A DNA stretch of 32,000 bases. Source: Telmatocola sphagniphila. GTDB taxonomy: Bacteria; Planctomycetota; Planctomycetia; Gemmatales; Gemmataceae. This document shows, in pieces, positions 16,381-27,300 of the stretch (the first letter of the stretch is position 1; each line of letters opens with the position of its first letter). The translations under genes and the position numbers were made by a program. A model generated the notes under the pieces. That model did no database searches. It had not been told where the DNA came from and saw only the letters and a program-made list of their open reading frames with translations. The stretch spans positions 3,750,001 through 3,782,000 of the forward strand of contig NZ_CP074694.1 of assembly GCF_018398935.1 (NCBI RefSeq), in the 5' to 3' direction.

Positions 16381-16812
16381 ATGTCGCCCATTGAAAATGA
16401 TCCAATCACGGAAGCCGTGATTGGAGCTGCTATTGAAGTACATAAGCTGCTTGGTCCGGGTTTGTTGGAATCTCTCTACCAGAAAGCCTTGTGCAGAGAA
16501 TTAATGTTGCGGGGTATCCCGCATCGATCCAAAGTCGCCATCGGGGTAGAATACAAAGGTGCTTGGATAGGTAATGATCTAGAGATCGATTTACTGGTTA
16601 CGAATGAATTAATCGTAGAGATTAAATCGGTTGAAAAACTTCAACCAGTGCACGAAGCGCAACTGATCACTTACCTCAAGCTGGCGGATTTGCATAAGGG
16701 CTTACTAATTAACTTCAATGAAAAGTTGCTCAAGAACGGATTGCGAAGACGATTGTACGGAGAACCCAAGTTGCGTACCGAAGACTCTCCTCCTGCTTGG
16801 TTTCGTGAATAA
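16381..16812 (+). CDS. GxxExxY-family protein (PD-(D/E)XK nuclease-like, PDDEXK_3 type)
   Basis: The family-defining motif GLLESLY sits in ...AAIEVHKLLGPGLLESLYQKAL.... A nuclease-like DLEIDLLV...LIVEIKSV and the ending LLINF are also present. Size is 143 aa. Confidence 0.85.
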   Translation: MSPIENDPITEAVIGAAIEVHKLLGPGLLESLYQKALCRELMLRGIPHRSKVAIGVEYKGAWIGNDLEIDLLVTNELIVEIKSVEKLQPVHEAQLITYLKLADLHKGLLINFNEKLLKNGLRRRLYGEPKLRTEDSPPAWFRE

Positions 16813-16815
16813 CTC

Positions 16816-16843
16816 CTCAGTGCTCTCTGTGTTCTCTGTGGTT
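16816..16843. repeat. Right arm of 28-bp inverted repeat flanking the GxxExxY gene
   Basis: CTCAGTGCTCTCTGTGTTCTCTGTGGTT starts 4 bp after the GxxExxY stop and ends 13 bp before the DUF58 start codon. Confidence 0.9.
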
Positions 16844-16856
16844 AAAGTAACAACTG

Positions 16857-17747
16857 ATGCCAAAGCTTTTACAACCTGACATACTGGCCCGGGCGGAAGC
16901 GCTCGGCCTATCCGCACGGAATATCGTGGAGGGGCTTCGAGTCGGCGACCACAAGTCCCCCTATCGCGGCTTCTCCGTCGAGTTCGTCCAGCACCGCGAG
17001 TACGTACCCGGCGACGATATCCGTCACATCGACTGGAAAAGCTACGGCCGCAGCGAACGCTACACCATCAAGCAATACGAACAGGAAACCAACTTCCTCG
17101 GCCATATCTTGCTGGATGGCTCCAAGTCGATGCTCTACGGCGAAGGCGAACAGAATAAGCTCGAATACGGCAAACTGCTGGCCGCTTCAATCGCCTATCT
17201 GATTCTCAAACAACGCGACAGCGCCAGCCTGAATATTTTCGATTCCAAATGGCGTGCTCAACTGCCCCCCAGCAGCAACATGTACCATTTGAACGCCATT
17301 TTGCATACCCTCGAAAGTGCCAAGCCGCAGGAGAAATCGAGTACCGGCCCGCTCCTGGAAGAGATTGCCGAACGGCTGCGCCGACGCGGGCTGGTATTCC
17401 TGATGTCGGACGTCTTCGATGACATCGAACCGTTCATGAAGGGGCTCAAACACCTGCGCTTTCTCGGCCACGATGTCACGCTGTTTCACATCGTCCATCC
17501 CGATGAAGTCAGCTTCCCCTTCACCGGGAATGTGAAATTTGAAGGACTGGAAGAAATTGAAGAATACAAGACGCGTCCCCACCTGATTCGCGAAGCCTAC
17601 CTGCGAGTCTTTGGCAGCTATCTGGAAGAACTTCAACGAAACTGCGAGATGTATCGGGTCGATTATGTGCGGTGCGATACATCCAAACCGGTTAAAAATG
17701 TGCTGGCGGAGTACTTGATCCGACGGTTACAGCAGGGCAGGAAGTAG
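16857..17747 (+). CDS. DUF58 domain protein (MoxR-associated, vWA-like fold)
   Basis: The classic DUF58 block HKSPYRGFSVEFVQHREYVPGDDIRHIDWKSYGRSERYTIKQYEQETN is present, and the gene occupies the usual position downstream of moxR. Confidence 0.92.
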   Translation: MPKLLQPDILARAEALGLSARNIVEGLRVGDHKSPYRGFSVEFVQHREYVPGDDIRHIDWKSYGRSERYTIKQYEQETNFLGHILLDGSKSMLYGEGEQNKLEYGKLLAASIAYLILKQRDSASLNIFDSKWRAQLPPSSNMYHLNAILHTLESAKPQEKSSTGPLLEEIAERLRRRGLVFLMSDVFDDIEPFMKGLKHLRFLGHDVTLFHIVHPDEVSFPFTGNVKFEGLEEIEEYKTRPHLIREAYLRVFGSYLEELQRNCEMYRVDYVRCDTSKPVKNVLAEYLIRRLQQGRK

Positions 17748-17760
17748 TGGCTAACGAATC

Positions 17761-19959
17761 ATGACATTTTTGGCTCCATGGATGCTTTTGGGTGCGGTAG
17801 CGGCCAGCGTGCCGATCATTCTGCACTTTTTCTACAAAGCTCGGTACCGGCCGCAGCCCTGGGCCGCGATGCGCTTTCTGAAACTGTCCCTGGAACAGAC
17901 CAGCCGACGGTTGCGTTTCCAGGAACTCCTGCTGCTCTTTCTCCGCATTCTGGTCTTGATTCTCCTCGCCATTGCACTGGCTCGACCGACTCAAAGACTC
18001 ATTTCCCAGGGCATGGCCACTAGTGAATCGGTCGATGAGATCCTAATTTTGGATGTCTCGGGAAGCATGCAAGCTCGGGAGGGAACCAAGACTCGCTTCG
18101 AAATGGAGAAAGAAGCCGCGATCAAACTGATCGACGCTTTACCCGCCGGTAGTACGGTGCGAGTCATCACCTGCGGCGAACGAGCCAAATTCATTGGACC
18201 GATCTCTCCTTCCAATCTCGATCAGGCGAAAGAACTGATCAAGCGAATTGAGCCTACCGGTCAGGCGACCGACTTTGCTGTCGGCCTCAAAGAAGCCCAA
18301 TCGCTGCTTCGCCAGATTTACGGCAACAACAAAGAAGTGATTCTGCTTTCGGACATGCAGCGGCTCGGCTTCGAACACCAGTCGGAGCAGGTCAAACAGC
18401 TTTCGACTCAGATTTCCCAGGAAGGGAATCTCTACTTCCTGAAAGTCGGCGAAAAGCCGATCTCCAATGCCGCCATCGTGGATATCGTTCCTCAGTTCGG
18501 GATACCGCACGCCGGCGCTCGCATTCCCTTCCAGATCACTGTTCGCAATACGGGATACGCAGCCATTCCCAAAATGTCGTTGCGGCTGGAAGTCGATGGC
18601 AAAGCGGCCGAGGGGGAAGAACGGACGATTGAATCGCTGGCCCCGGGCGAAATGCGACCGGTCACCGCTTCTGTCAAATTCGACAAACCGGGTTGGAAAG
18701 CGGTTACCGCGAAAATCCTCAGCGACGATCTGGATATCGACAACCGCCTGGACCGCGTCATCAAAGTGCGAGAGCGATTGCGGGTGCTTATTGTCGACGG
18801 CTCACCGAACGATCGCGAACCGGAAAAGAGTGCCAGCTACTATCTAGGCCATGCGCTCAGTGCCGCCGGACAGGAAGGTACCAAGGGAGCCTTACAGATT
18901 CGCATCGTTAAACCGGAAGAGGCTTCTCCTCGCATACTGGATCTCTTTGACGTCTGTATCCTTTCAAACGTCTCGGCCAGCGGCGTGCTCTATTCGAATG
19001 GTTTTCTACCCGCTCTCAAACCGTTTCTCAACGAAGGTAAAGGGCTGATCATTGGCGTCGGCGACAAGGTCGAGCCGAGTGCTTATACCAGCACTTTCGG
19101 TCCGGGTCAGGGTCTGGATCTGCTGCCGGGCAAGTTCACCGAGATTGATCAGACACCCATGAAAGACAATAAGCCGGAGCCGTTTCGGTTTGCACCCGCG
19201 AGCTTCGAGCAGAATTCCTTTGTGGGAATTTTCCAGAAGCCTCCCTTCGACCAGATTGGCAATGCCCTGATTCGCAAACGCGTCCATATTGATCCGGCCA
19301 GCGTGCAAGGCCAGGTTCTCGCCCGCTACAGCGACGATGTCCCGGCCATAGTGGCCCGAACTATTGGTGCCGGGGAAATCCTCTGGATCACCACCAGTCT
19401 CGATTCCTCCTGGTCGACCTGGGCTCCCGGCCGGCCACCGGAGGAAATGACCTTCCTGCCCTTCATGATCAAGGCTCTCACCCACCTGGCCAACCGAGGC
19501 GTCAACCCGTTCAACCGAACCTGCGGCGAGCCGTTGGAATTCTTCACCGATGAACAGATTCGCACGTACGATTTGCTGAGGCCGGATAATAAAAGAGAGC
19601 GATTAGGGAACGCGCTCGAGCCGAATGTGGATCGCAAAGGGGCCAAGCCGAAAATCGTCTATACGGATACTGATTTACCCGGCACCTACACGATTTATGG
19701 GCCGAACAACCGGGTCGAGGCGGTGTTTGCGGTAGCTTACGACCCGCGTGAGACGGATAATCTGGAACCCATGAAGCTCGATGAGATTGAAAAATTGCTC
19801 GGTTTCACTCCCAAGTTTGTGAATGTGGATGGCAAGATCGCCGATCGCATAAATGCGACCCGAAGCGAATCGGAATGGACCATCCCGCTGTTAGTCGCCC
19901 TGCTGTTTCTGGCATTCGGTGAATTTCTCCTGGCCTGGTTTTGTGGAAGGTCCTGGTGA
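17761..19959 (+). CDS. BatA-type N-terminal double-TM protein with vWA domain and GATase1/ThuA-like C-terminal region
   Basis: The N-terminus MTFLAPWMLLGAVAASVPIILHFF...LLLLFLRILVLILLAIALARP is the aerotolerance-regulator N-terminal type. A vWA MIDAS motif occurs in ILILDVSGSMQ. Later LRVLIVDGSPND...GKGLIIGVGD appears, and there is a C-terminal TM segment. Confidence 0.88.
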   Translation: MTFLAPWMLLGAVAASVPIILHFFYKARYRPQPWAAMRFLKLSLEQTSRRLRFQELLLLFLRILVLILLAIALARPTQRLISQGMATSESVDEILILDVSGSMQAREGTKTRFEMEKEAAIKLIDALPAGSTVRVITCGERAKFIGPISPSNLDQAKELIKRIEPTGQATDFAVGLKEAQSLLRQIYGNNKEVILLSDMQRLGFEHQSEQVKQLSTQISQEGNLYFLKVGEKPISNAAIVDIVPQFGIPHAGARIPFQITVRNTGYAAIPKMSLRLEVDGKAAEGEERTIESLAPGEMRPVTASVKFDKPGWKAVTAKILSDDLDIDNRLDRVIKVRERLRVLIVDGSPNDREPEKSASYYLGHALSAAGQEGTKGALQIRIVKPEEASPRILDLFDVCILSNVSASGVLYSNGFLPALKPFLNEGKGLIIGVGDKVEPSAYTSTFGPGQGLDLLPGKFTEIDQTPMKDNKPEPFRFAPASFEQNSFVGIFQKPPFDQIGNALIRKRVHIDPASVQGQVLARYSDDVPAIVARTIGAGEILWITTSLDSSWSTWAPGRPPEEMTFLPFMIKALTHLANRGVNPFNRTCGEPLEFFTDEQIRTYDLLRPDNKRERLGNALEPNVDRKGAKPKIVYTDTDLPGTYTIYGPNNRVEAVFAVAYDPRETDNLEPMKLDEIEKLLGFTPKFVNVDGKIADRINATRSESEWTIPLLVALLFLAFGEFLLAWFCGRSW

Positions 19960-22337
19960 ATTTGAACGCTTCGATCTTATTGTCTGACGTGATCTTCCGA
20001 TCCAGCTTTCCGCGTTGGATGGCGATGATCTTGTTTGTACTCGCGGTGGCTGGAACCATCTGGTTTTATCACCGCGAGGCGATCAAGCTCACTCCGGTCC
20101 GCCGCTGGCAGCTAATCGCTCTGCGGATTTTCACCTTCAGCCTGATTCTGTTTCTGATCCTTAAACCGGTTTTGAACGCTGAGTTCAGCGAGAAAAAATC
20201 GAAGCCCATCTGGCTGCTTTTGGACAACACCGGCAGCATGACCTCCAAGGACACGCGGCTGAATCCCAACGATCAGAGCCGGGTGGCCATCGCCTACGAT
20301 AAAGTGAAACCCAATACTCCCTTGAACTCGGCCGGCAGCTTCGGCGAACTCAGCGAGCCCAAACCAACTCGGCTCGATCTGGTGAAGGCCGTGCTGAACA
20401 ATCCGCGACTGAATCTCATCAAGGAACTCGAGGAAAAAGGCCCCCTCCAGGGTTACCTGTTAGGGCTGCGCTCTCGCGGCGTCGATGTAGATGACACCAA
20501 GGCTCTCCCTCAGGTGCTCAATGGTACGGAAAACCGGACTTCGCTGCTCGAAGTCATTCACGATCTGCTCAAACTGGATGACAGTGACTTACCAGCCGCC
20601 ATTGTGGTGATGTCCGATGGCCGGGATAACAGCAGCACCATCAGCTGGAGCGACCTCGCCGCGGAATGTAAAAGCCGCGGTGTGCCGCTGCATATCTACG
20701 GTGTCGGCGTTACCGGCAACGGCTTCCTCCAGATTCGAGAAGCGTCGGTTCCGGAAACCCAGTTTGTGGAAGATACGGTCACCGTGCCGGTTCGCTGGCG
20801 CTGCGAAGATCTCAGGGACGGCGAAGTCGATTTATCACTTCGGCTGAATGATCGCATCGTGGCCAGTAAACGCGTGCGCATCAAACCCGGTTTAGATCAG
20901 TTCGACAACCTGAACTGGGTGCCGGAGAAAAAAGACACGAGTCCTGGCAAGCAGGAGATGACTGTCACGGCCTCGGTCGTGGGTCGGGAAGATCTGCTCA
21001 AGGATCTGGTAAAAAAATCGGTTCGGATCGTTGACCGCAAGATCAAGCTCCTGTTCATCGAGCAGACGCCGCGCTGGGAATTCAAATTTATTCAGCGTGC
21101 CCTGCTCCGGGATCGTCGCGTGGAATCGACCTTCCTGCTGGTCGAAGGCGATCCGAAGGCGATGGAAGCGGGTATGCCCTTCCTGAAAGATTTTCCGGCC
21201 ACCCGTAAGGAACTGTTCGCCTACGACATGCTGATAATCGGCGATGTGAACGAACGCTTCTTCACCAAAGAACAGCAGGAATGGATCAAGGATTTTGTTT
21301 CCGAAGGCGGCGGTCTGGTTATGATTGCCGGCCGCAAGTTCGCACCGGCCAGTTACGACAAAACTCCATTGTCGGAAGTGTTGCCTGTGGAGTTTCGACC
21401 CATCAATTTCCCGGCCGAAGAAACCAACCCGCCCGAAGAATATCAACCGAAAATATCGGACACTGGCGAACGCAACGGCCTGCTGGCGCTGGCCGACACG
21501 GTGGAAGAGAATGCCCGCATCTGGAAATCTCTGCCCGGCTGGTACTGGTATTATCCGATCACCAAGCTGAAGCCGGGGGCGATCTCGTTGCTGCAGCATC
21601 CCAAGGCGAAGTTACCCAACGAAGACCGCCCCATGCCGCTGCTGGCCGCACATTACTTCGGTAAAGGGCTGGTGCTTTTCTGCGGCTTCGAGGAAAGCTG
21701 GCGCTGGCGTCTCAACGAAGAAGACAAATACTTCGGGAGATTCTGGGGCCAGGTGATTTATCAGGTTGGCCTGCCCCACTCGATGGGTTCCAAGGCCGCG
21801 CAGATTCAACTCGAACAGGGGGAAACGGAAGTAGGCAAGCCGACCCGGGTGTTTGCCCGGCTCTTCAATGCCGACTACCGCCCGCTGACATCGGAAAAGA
21901 TCAAGGCGAAGATTGAAAGGCTCGACGCCGGCCCCAACGAACCGAAATCGCAGGAAATCATTCTGGAATCGGTTCCCAACCAACCGGGAGAGTACATCAC
22001 GACCCTGCCCAACGAAAAAGTCGGGAAGTATCAACTGCGGATCACCGATGGGCTGGCTGAACCGGCCACCCTCGATTTCCGGGTCAGCCTGCCAACCGAT
22101 CACGAAATGGCCCCCGGCGGAATGAACGAAGACGCTTTACGGGAACTGGCCACTTCCAGTGGCGGCGCGTTCTACCGGGAAGAAGATTTGCATACCTTGA
22201 CTGGCAAGATTCAGGACCAATCGGTGACTTTCTACCGGAGACGCGAGGTGCTTCTCTGGAATCGCTGGCTGCTGGGGCTGGTCGTGGTCTTCTTCACGGC
22301 GGAGTGGCTCCTTCGCAAATACAGCAATATGAGTTGA
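19956..22337 (+). CDS. Membrane-anchored vWA-like / GATase1-like (DUF1355-type) protein
   Basis: Track ORF is 19941..22337. The GTG at 19956 overlaps the upstream TGA as GTGA; the TTG at 19941 and an internal ATG are alternatives. The protein has N-terminal TM segments, a degenerate MIDAS in WLLLDNTGSMTSKD, the block MLIIGDVNERFF...FVSEGGGLVMIAG, and a C-terminal TM segment. Confidence 0.85.
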   Translation: MNLNASILLSDVIFRSSFPRWMAMILFVLAVAGTIWFYHREAIKLTPVRRWQLIALRIFTFSLILFLILKPVLNAEFSEKKSKPIWLLLDNTGSMTSKDTRLNPNDQSRVAIAYDKVKPNTPLNSAGSFGELSEPKPTRLDLVKAVLNNPRLNLIKELEEKGPLQGYLLGLRSRGVDVDDTKALPQVLNGTENRTSLLEVIHDLLKLDDSDLPAAIVVMSDGRDNSSTISWSDLAAECKSRGVPLHIYGVGVTGNGFLQIREASVPETQFVEDTVTVPVRWRCEDLRDGEVDLSLRLNDRIVASKRVRIKPGLDQFDNLNWVPEKKDTSPGKQEMTVTASVVGREDLLKDLVKKSVRIVDRKIKLLFIEQTPRWEFKFIQRALLRDRRVESTFLLVEGDPKAMEAGMPFLKDFPATRKELFAYDMLIIGDVNERFFTKEQQEWIKDFVSEGGGLVMIAGRKFAPASYDKTPLSEVLPVEFRPINFPAEETNPPEEYQPKISDTGERNGLLALADTVEENARIWKSLPGWYWYYPITKLKPGAISLLQHPKAKLPNEDRPMPLLAAHYFGKGLVLFCGFEESWRWRLNEEDKYFGRFWGQVIYQVGLPHSMGSKAAQIQLEQGETEVGKPTRVFARLFNADYRPLTSEKIKAKIERLDAGPNEPKSQEIILESVPNQPGEYITTLPNEKVGKYQLRITDGLAEPATLDFRVSLPTDHEMAPGGMNEDALRELATSSGGAFYREEDLHTLTGKIQDQSVTFYRRREVLLWNRWLLGLVVVFFTAEWLLRKYSNMS

Positions 22338-22364
22338 TAACGGCACCTACGGACCGATGACCCT

Positions 22365-24245
22365 ATGCTAACGCTGGTACCACCCAAATCGTCGATCGCC
22401 GCCATCGCTTCGCTACAGAAGCGGGAATGGTTGCGTAATGTCGTCTGGGGAATCGTCCGCTGGCTGGCGGTGATCGTGCTCGCTGCGCTGGTCGCCATGA
22501 TCATTGACTATCGCGTCGACAAGTATCGGGATACCCCGATGTTTCTGAGGGGGCTGCTGATACTGATTCAGATCGGCCTGGCGCTCTTCTTTGCCCGAAA
22601 ATGGATTCTAAAGCCCTTTCTTAATCCTCCGGCAGAGGTTCTGGTTGCCCGCCGGATCGAAACCGAACTGCCCGAATACGGCCATCGCCTCGTCACGTCG
22701 ATTCAGCTGACGAAAAAGACCGCCAATCGGGCCGGGATGTCCGAAAAGTTGATAGCCGATCTGACGCAGGAAGCCGAGGGCATCACTTCGAAGAAGGATC
22801 TCTCAAATCTGGTTCAAGGACAGAAATACGAATATTCCTTTGGTATGTTTCTCGTTCCCGCATTATTGATCTTCCTGTTCGTGGGCCTGCTGGGAACCAA
22901 GCTCAGCGGAATTCTGCTGGGCCGTCAGTTTTTGCTCAACACAGAGATTCCTCACGATGTGCAACTGCTGAACCGCACGGCCGAACTCTGGCCCTCCGGT
23001 GAAGAAGTGACTCTGACCTATGAGGCGGAAGGGCCTTTGAAACCGGAGAATGAAGGGGAAGTTCGCGTCAAAGTAGGCAATCTGGGAGGAGATGACTATC
23101 CTTTGAAATTTGCCCGCCAGGAAGGAGACAAGTTCTTTTTCCAGTCGGTAATCCCGCCTGGTACGCAGGACTTTTCGCACCGCGCCTGGTTGCGCGGTGG
23201 CCGATCCAAAGATTTTGGCCAGGTTCGCTACGAACCCCGACCCGTGATTTCGCGCATCGATGCCTGGGTTCAGGTTCCCGAGTACGTGGGACTGAAACCG
23301 GATGGTACTCCCTACGAGAACTATATGCCCCAACAGGGAGAAATTGTTTGTTTGGGGGGATCGAAGGTACGCATCGAAATCGAAATTTCCAAAGCCATCA
23401 AGGAAGGTCAGTTACATCTGCTCAGCGGCAAGGAAGAAAAGAAAGAAGTCCGGTTACGCTCAATACCCCTGATTATCGAAGGACCGGATTCCAACATCGC
23501 CCGCTGCGTTTTTCAGGTCGATCCGCAAGCCACGGCTTATGAGTTGGAAGTGACCGATACTTTCGGATTCCGCAACAGTATTTTCCCCAAGCGGACGATC
23601 CGCATACTGCCCGATAGCCCGCCCCAGGTCGATTTGCTTCCCGAGCGTTTTGCCGGTCTGGGAGACGTAATTAGTGCCGATACCGAAGTCGATGGCATGC
23701 CCTTACCGCTCGGCAAACCGATGCGTATCGACTACAAGTGTTCTTCCATATTGGGTTTAAGTCGGGCCCGGGTTGTTTATCGGATCAACGAAGATCCATG
23801 GAACTATTTGCCCTTAAACGAAGTCAAACAGTCATCGGATACGGGCCCTTGGGATTTTGCACGCCATAGTTTTCAAAAGGTGGCCTACCAGAAGCAAAAA
23901 TTAGGCGATCAGGTGGAATTTCACGCGATCCCCTCGGCTCAACCCGACTTGAAACCCTCCCGGCTCGAAGGGGTGGGTTCTTTTACTTTCCAGACCAAGA
24001 CTCTGAAAAAGAAGAAGGATGGAAAGCTGGTGGATCTGGAAATCGGCGACCGGATCGAACTGTACATCGAAGTTTTTGACCTCAACCCGGCCGCCAATCG
24101 CGAACCGGGAAAATCGGAAGTGCGGGCCAAGGATATCGTCACCGAAGATAAATTCATGGAATGGGTTTTTTCGACCCTGCAAAGCGAGAGCAAACTTCGC
24201 GACCTGGAAAAACGTCAACGAGGCGTTTTCGGTCAGGACAAGTGA
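22365..24245 (+). CDS. Hypothetical membrane protein of the MoxR/vWA cluster (N-terminal TM hairpin, large beta-rich domain)
   Basis: The 626-aa ORF starts 27 bp after the preceding gene. Hydrophobic segments include WLAVIVLAALVAMII, LLILIQIGLALFF and FLVPALLIFLFVGLLG. I could not securely recognise a named family. Confidence 0.75.
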   Translation: MLTLVPPKSSIAAIASLQKREWLRNVVWGIVRWLAVIVLAALVAMIIDYRVDKYRDTPMFLRGLLILIQIGLALFFARKWILKPFLNPPAEVLVARRIETELPEYGHRLVTSIQLTKKTANRAGMSEKLIADLTQEAEGITSKKDLSNLVQGQKYEYSFGMFLVPALLIFLFVGLLGTKLSGILLGRQFLLNTEIPHDVQLLNRTAELWPSGEEVTLTYEAEGPLKPENEGEVRVKVGNLGGDDYPLKFARQEGDKFFFQSVIPPGTQDFSHRAWLRGGRSKDFGQVRYEPRPVISRIDAWVQVPEYVGLKPDGTPYENYMPQQGEIVCLGGSKVRIEIEISKAIKEGQLHLLSGKEEKKEVRLRSIPLIIEGPDSNIARCVFQVDPQATAYELEVTDTFGFRNSIFPKRTIRILPDSPPQVDLLPERFAGLGDVISADTEVDGMPLPLGKPMRIDYKCSSILGLSRARVVYRINEDPWNYLPLNEVKQSSDTGPWDFARHSFQKVAYQKQKLGDQVEFHAIPSAQPDLKPSRLEGVGSFTFQTKTLKKKKDGKLVDLEIGDRIELYIEVFDLNPAANREPGKSEVRAKDIVTEDKFMEWVFSTLQSESKLRDLEKRQRGVFGQDK

Positions 24246-24375
24246 GAAAACTCTCATTTGTGTCGGGATTTCGGAACGAGTTCTCGTTTATCACTTGCGT
24301 TGGTTTTAACCGCGGCTGATACTTAATGTATTGGCCATTCACGTATCGGGTCCACCGAATCGTTTGGGAGCTGTT

Positions 24376-27300
24376 ATGCTTATCAACTGGCGCGTTGCTT
24401 CACTCAGTATCACTCTTCTGACCGGCGCCAGCGCTGACAAACTCTTCGCACAAGTCTCGGAAAATGCCAAACAGCAGATCAACGATTCGATCGCCAGCCA
24501 GAAAAATCTGAAGGACGAAACCCTTCAGACCGCTCGCCGCATCTCCACCATGCTGCGAGTGATGGCCTACAACCAGATCGATGCCAAATCTGAGAAGAAA
24601 TTGCTTCAGGAAACGGCCACGACTCTCTCGCATCTGAGCAAGGATGAGATGACGGCGGTCCTGGCCCACCTGGAAGAAGCAGCCCATGCCAAGAACTACG
24701 ACAAGTTGAATCAGGAACAGGCCGCCGCGTACGACCGCCATCGGGAAATTGTTTCCAACCTCAAAGGATTACTCAACAAGTTCGATCTGATCAAGTCGCT
24801 CGATCAGGCGGCCGATCGTTTCGACAAGCTTTCCCGCGAACAACTGGAAGTCCAGCTATCGGCCCAGTTGCCCCGCAGCCAGGGCAATCCGGATGATCCC
24901 CGCGTCCGCTTCGGCAACATGCGCCGATCCGGCAACAACTCCAATCCGTTTAGCTTCGAAGTGGAACGGCAGTCGGATATCGCCAAGGACGTGGATGTCC
25001 TGATCGATCAATTGAAAAATTTGAAACCGACCCTGAAGGGGGAGTTGGCCGAGCGTTACGACAAAGCGAAAGTGAACGAACGGGCGGTCACGCTTTTGAA
25101 CTGCCTGATCACCTCCCTGCAGCGTCTGGGGGAAAAGGATGTGGATTCCTCTTCCCGCGAGCAGATCGAATCGGTCCGCATCATGCGCGATCTTGCTCTG
25201 GCTCTTCGGACGCCTAAGAACAAGCTGGAAATGCTGAAGGAAGCCAAGCGGAAACTCGAAGAGACCGAAACCGCCGAACAGCAGTTGAAGACTGATACCG
25301 AGAAGCGGGAAGAATTCCGGAAGCGGGAGAAAGTCGCTCAGGAGAACGAAAAGCAGGAGCTGACCAACAAGCAGGCCCGGCTGGAATTCGAAGCACGCGA
25401 TGTTCGCACTCAGTTGCAGAAAGAAAGCTTCAACGAAGTGGCCGACAAGATTCGTCAGGCCGAAGAAGAAATGAAGCAGGCCCGCGAAAACCTGAAGAAT
25501 CCCAATCAGCCCGATAAAGAAGCGGTCGCCAAAGAAAATAATGCGATCAAAAAGATCGACGAAGCGAAGGAAAAAATCGACCAGCTGATCGCCAAGGAAG
25601 AGGCCAAGAAGAACGACCCGGCCGAGGCGGTGAAAGCCACGCTGGCGGACCTGGAAAAGGTCATCAAGGAGCAGAAGGACACCAAGAAGAAGACCGAAGA
25701 CAACAAGAACGACGCCAAGAAATTGCCGGAAATCGCCGAAGAGCAGAAGAAGCTTCAGGACAAGGCCAACGAAATCGCCAATACGCCGCTACCGACCAAG
25801 CCGGAAGTTCAGGACAACCTGAAGAAGGCCGAGCAGGCGATGAAGGAAGCCACCAAGAAGCTGGATGATAAGAAGGGCGATCAGGCCAAGGCTCCCCAGG
25901 AACAGGCCATCAATAAGCTCGAGCAAGCCAAAAAAGGCCTGGAGGAATCCCTGAAGGAACTGGAGAAGCGTAAGGAAGACATCGCCAAGCTGGATAAAGC
26001 GATCGAGAAGCTGGATCAGCTCGCCAAGGATGAGAAGCAACTATCGAAAGACGCCCAGAAAAACGCCGACGAAAACAAGCCCAAGGAAGGCACGCCGCTG
26101 GCCAATAAGCAGGAAGATCTGCAGAAGCAAACCGATCAGGTGAAAAAGGACGTCGAGAAAGTATCCCCCGACGCCAAAGAAAAGCTGGATCAGGCCGGCG
26201 AAAAGATGGAATCGGCCAAGAACGATTTGAAAAAAGAACAGCTCGAAAAAGGCGCACAGGAAAGCCAGGATTCGGCCCAGAAGCTCGAAGATGCCAAGCA
26301 GGCCCTGCAGCAACAGCGCGATGCCAAGAAAGCGGAGGACATCGCCAGCCAGCAGCAGTTGCAGCCCAATCAGGTCCAGCCGATGAACGCGGCCCAACAA
26401 CTGGCCAAGGCTCTGGAACAGACCGAAAAGGCCGAACAGCAATCGAATAAAGCTCAGCAGCAACTGGGTGAACAGCAGAGAGCCAATCTCGAAAAGCTGC
26501 AGAAGGAAATCGCGGACAAGGCCGAGAAACTGGAGCTGCCCGAGGCTCAGAAAGACGCTCAAAAAGCAGCCGAAGCCCTCTCCAAAGCTGACTTCCCCGA
26601 AGCGATCAAGAATCAGGAACAGGCTATGGACGCCTTGGCCAAGGCCGAGCCGATGAAGGGGGAGAAAGGTCAAAAGCCGGACGCCGCGGACAAAGGCGAC
26701 GCGGGAGATAAAGGCGAGCCCGGGGAAAAAGGTCAAAAACCGGACGCCGGAGATCCGGGCGATAAGGGTCAGAAGCCCGATGGAGATAAAGGAGATAAAG
26801 GTCAGAAGCCCGATGGAGATAAAGGCGAAAAAGGGGACAAGGGAGACAAAGGCGACGCGGGAGATAAAGGCGATGCCAAACCTTCTGGAATCCCGGACCC
26901 CAGCGCAGCCAAGAACCCCGCCGAGTTAGGTCAGGCTCAAAAGCAGATCAAAGAGCTGACGGAATCCCTGCAAAAAGCCGCGGAAGCAAACGCTCAGGCC
27001 CAAGCGGCCCTTCAGCAAGCTCAGGCGACGGCTCCGTCGGCAGTGAAACCGCAGTTGAATAACGCCGCACAGCAACTTCAAAAGGCTCAGCAAGCCTTAC
27101 AGCAGTCGCAATCGCAGCCGGCTCAAGCCGCGCAGGCCCAGCAGCAGGCTCAGCAATCCCTGAGCGAGGCGATGACGCAATTAATGGCGGCAATGGCTCT
27201 GGCCGAGCAACAAAAGGGCGAACCGGGACAACCCGGCCAACCGGGTCAACCCGGGCAGGAGCAGGCGAACGGTCAGGAACCGGGCCAACAGCCCGGCCAG

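Noticed and set aside
26659-26889. Collagen-like Gly-X-Y triple-helix domain in the coiled-coil protein.
   Set aside because: The Gly-every-third-residue register is broken several times (PDA, ADK, PDG, QKP). It is better read as a charged disordered tract.
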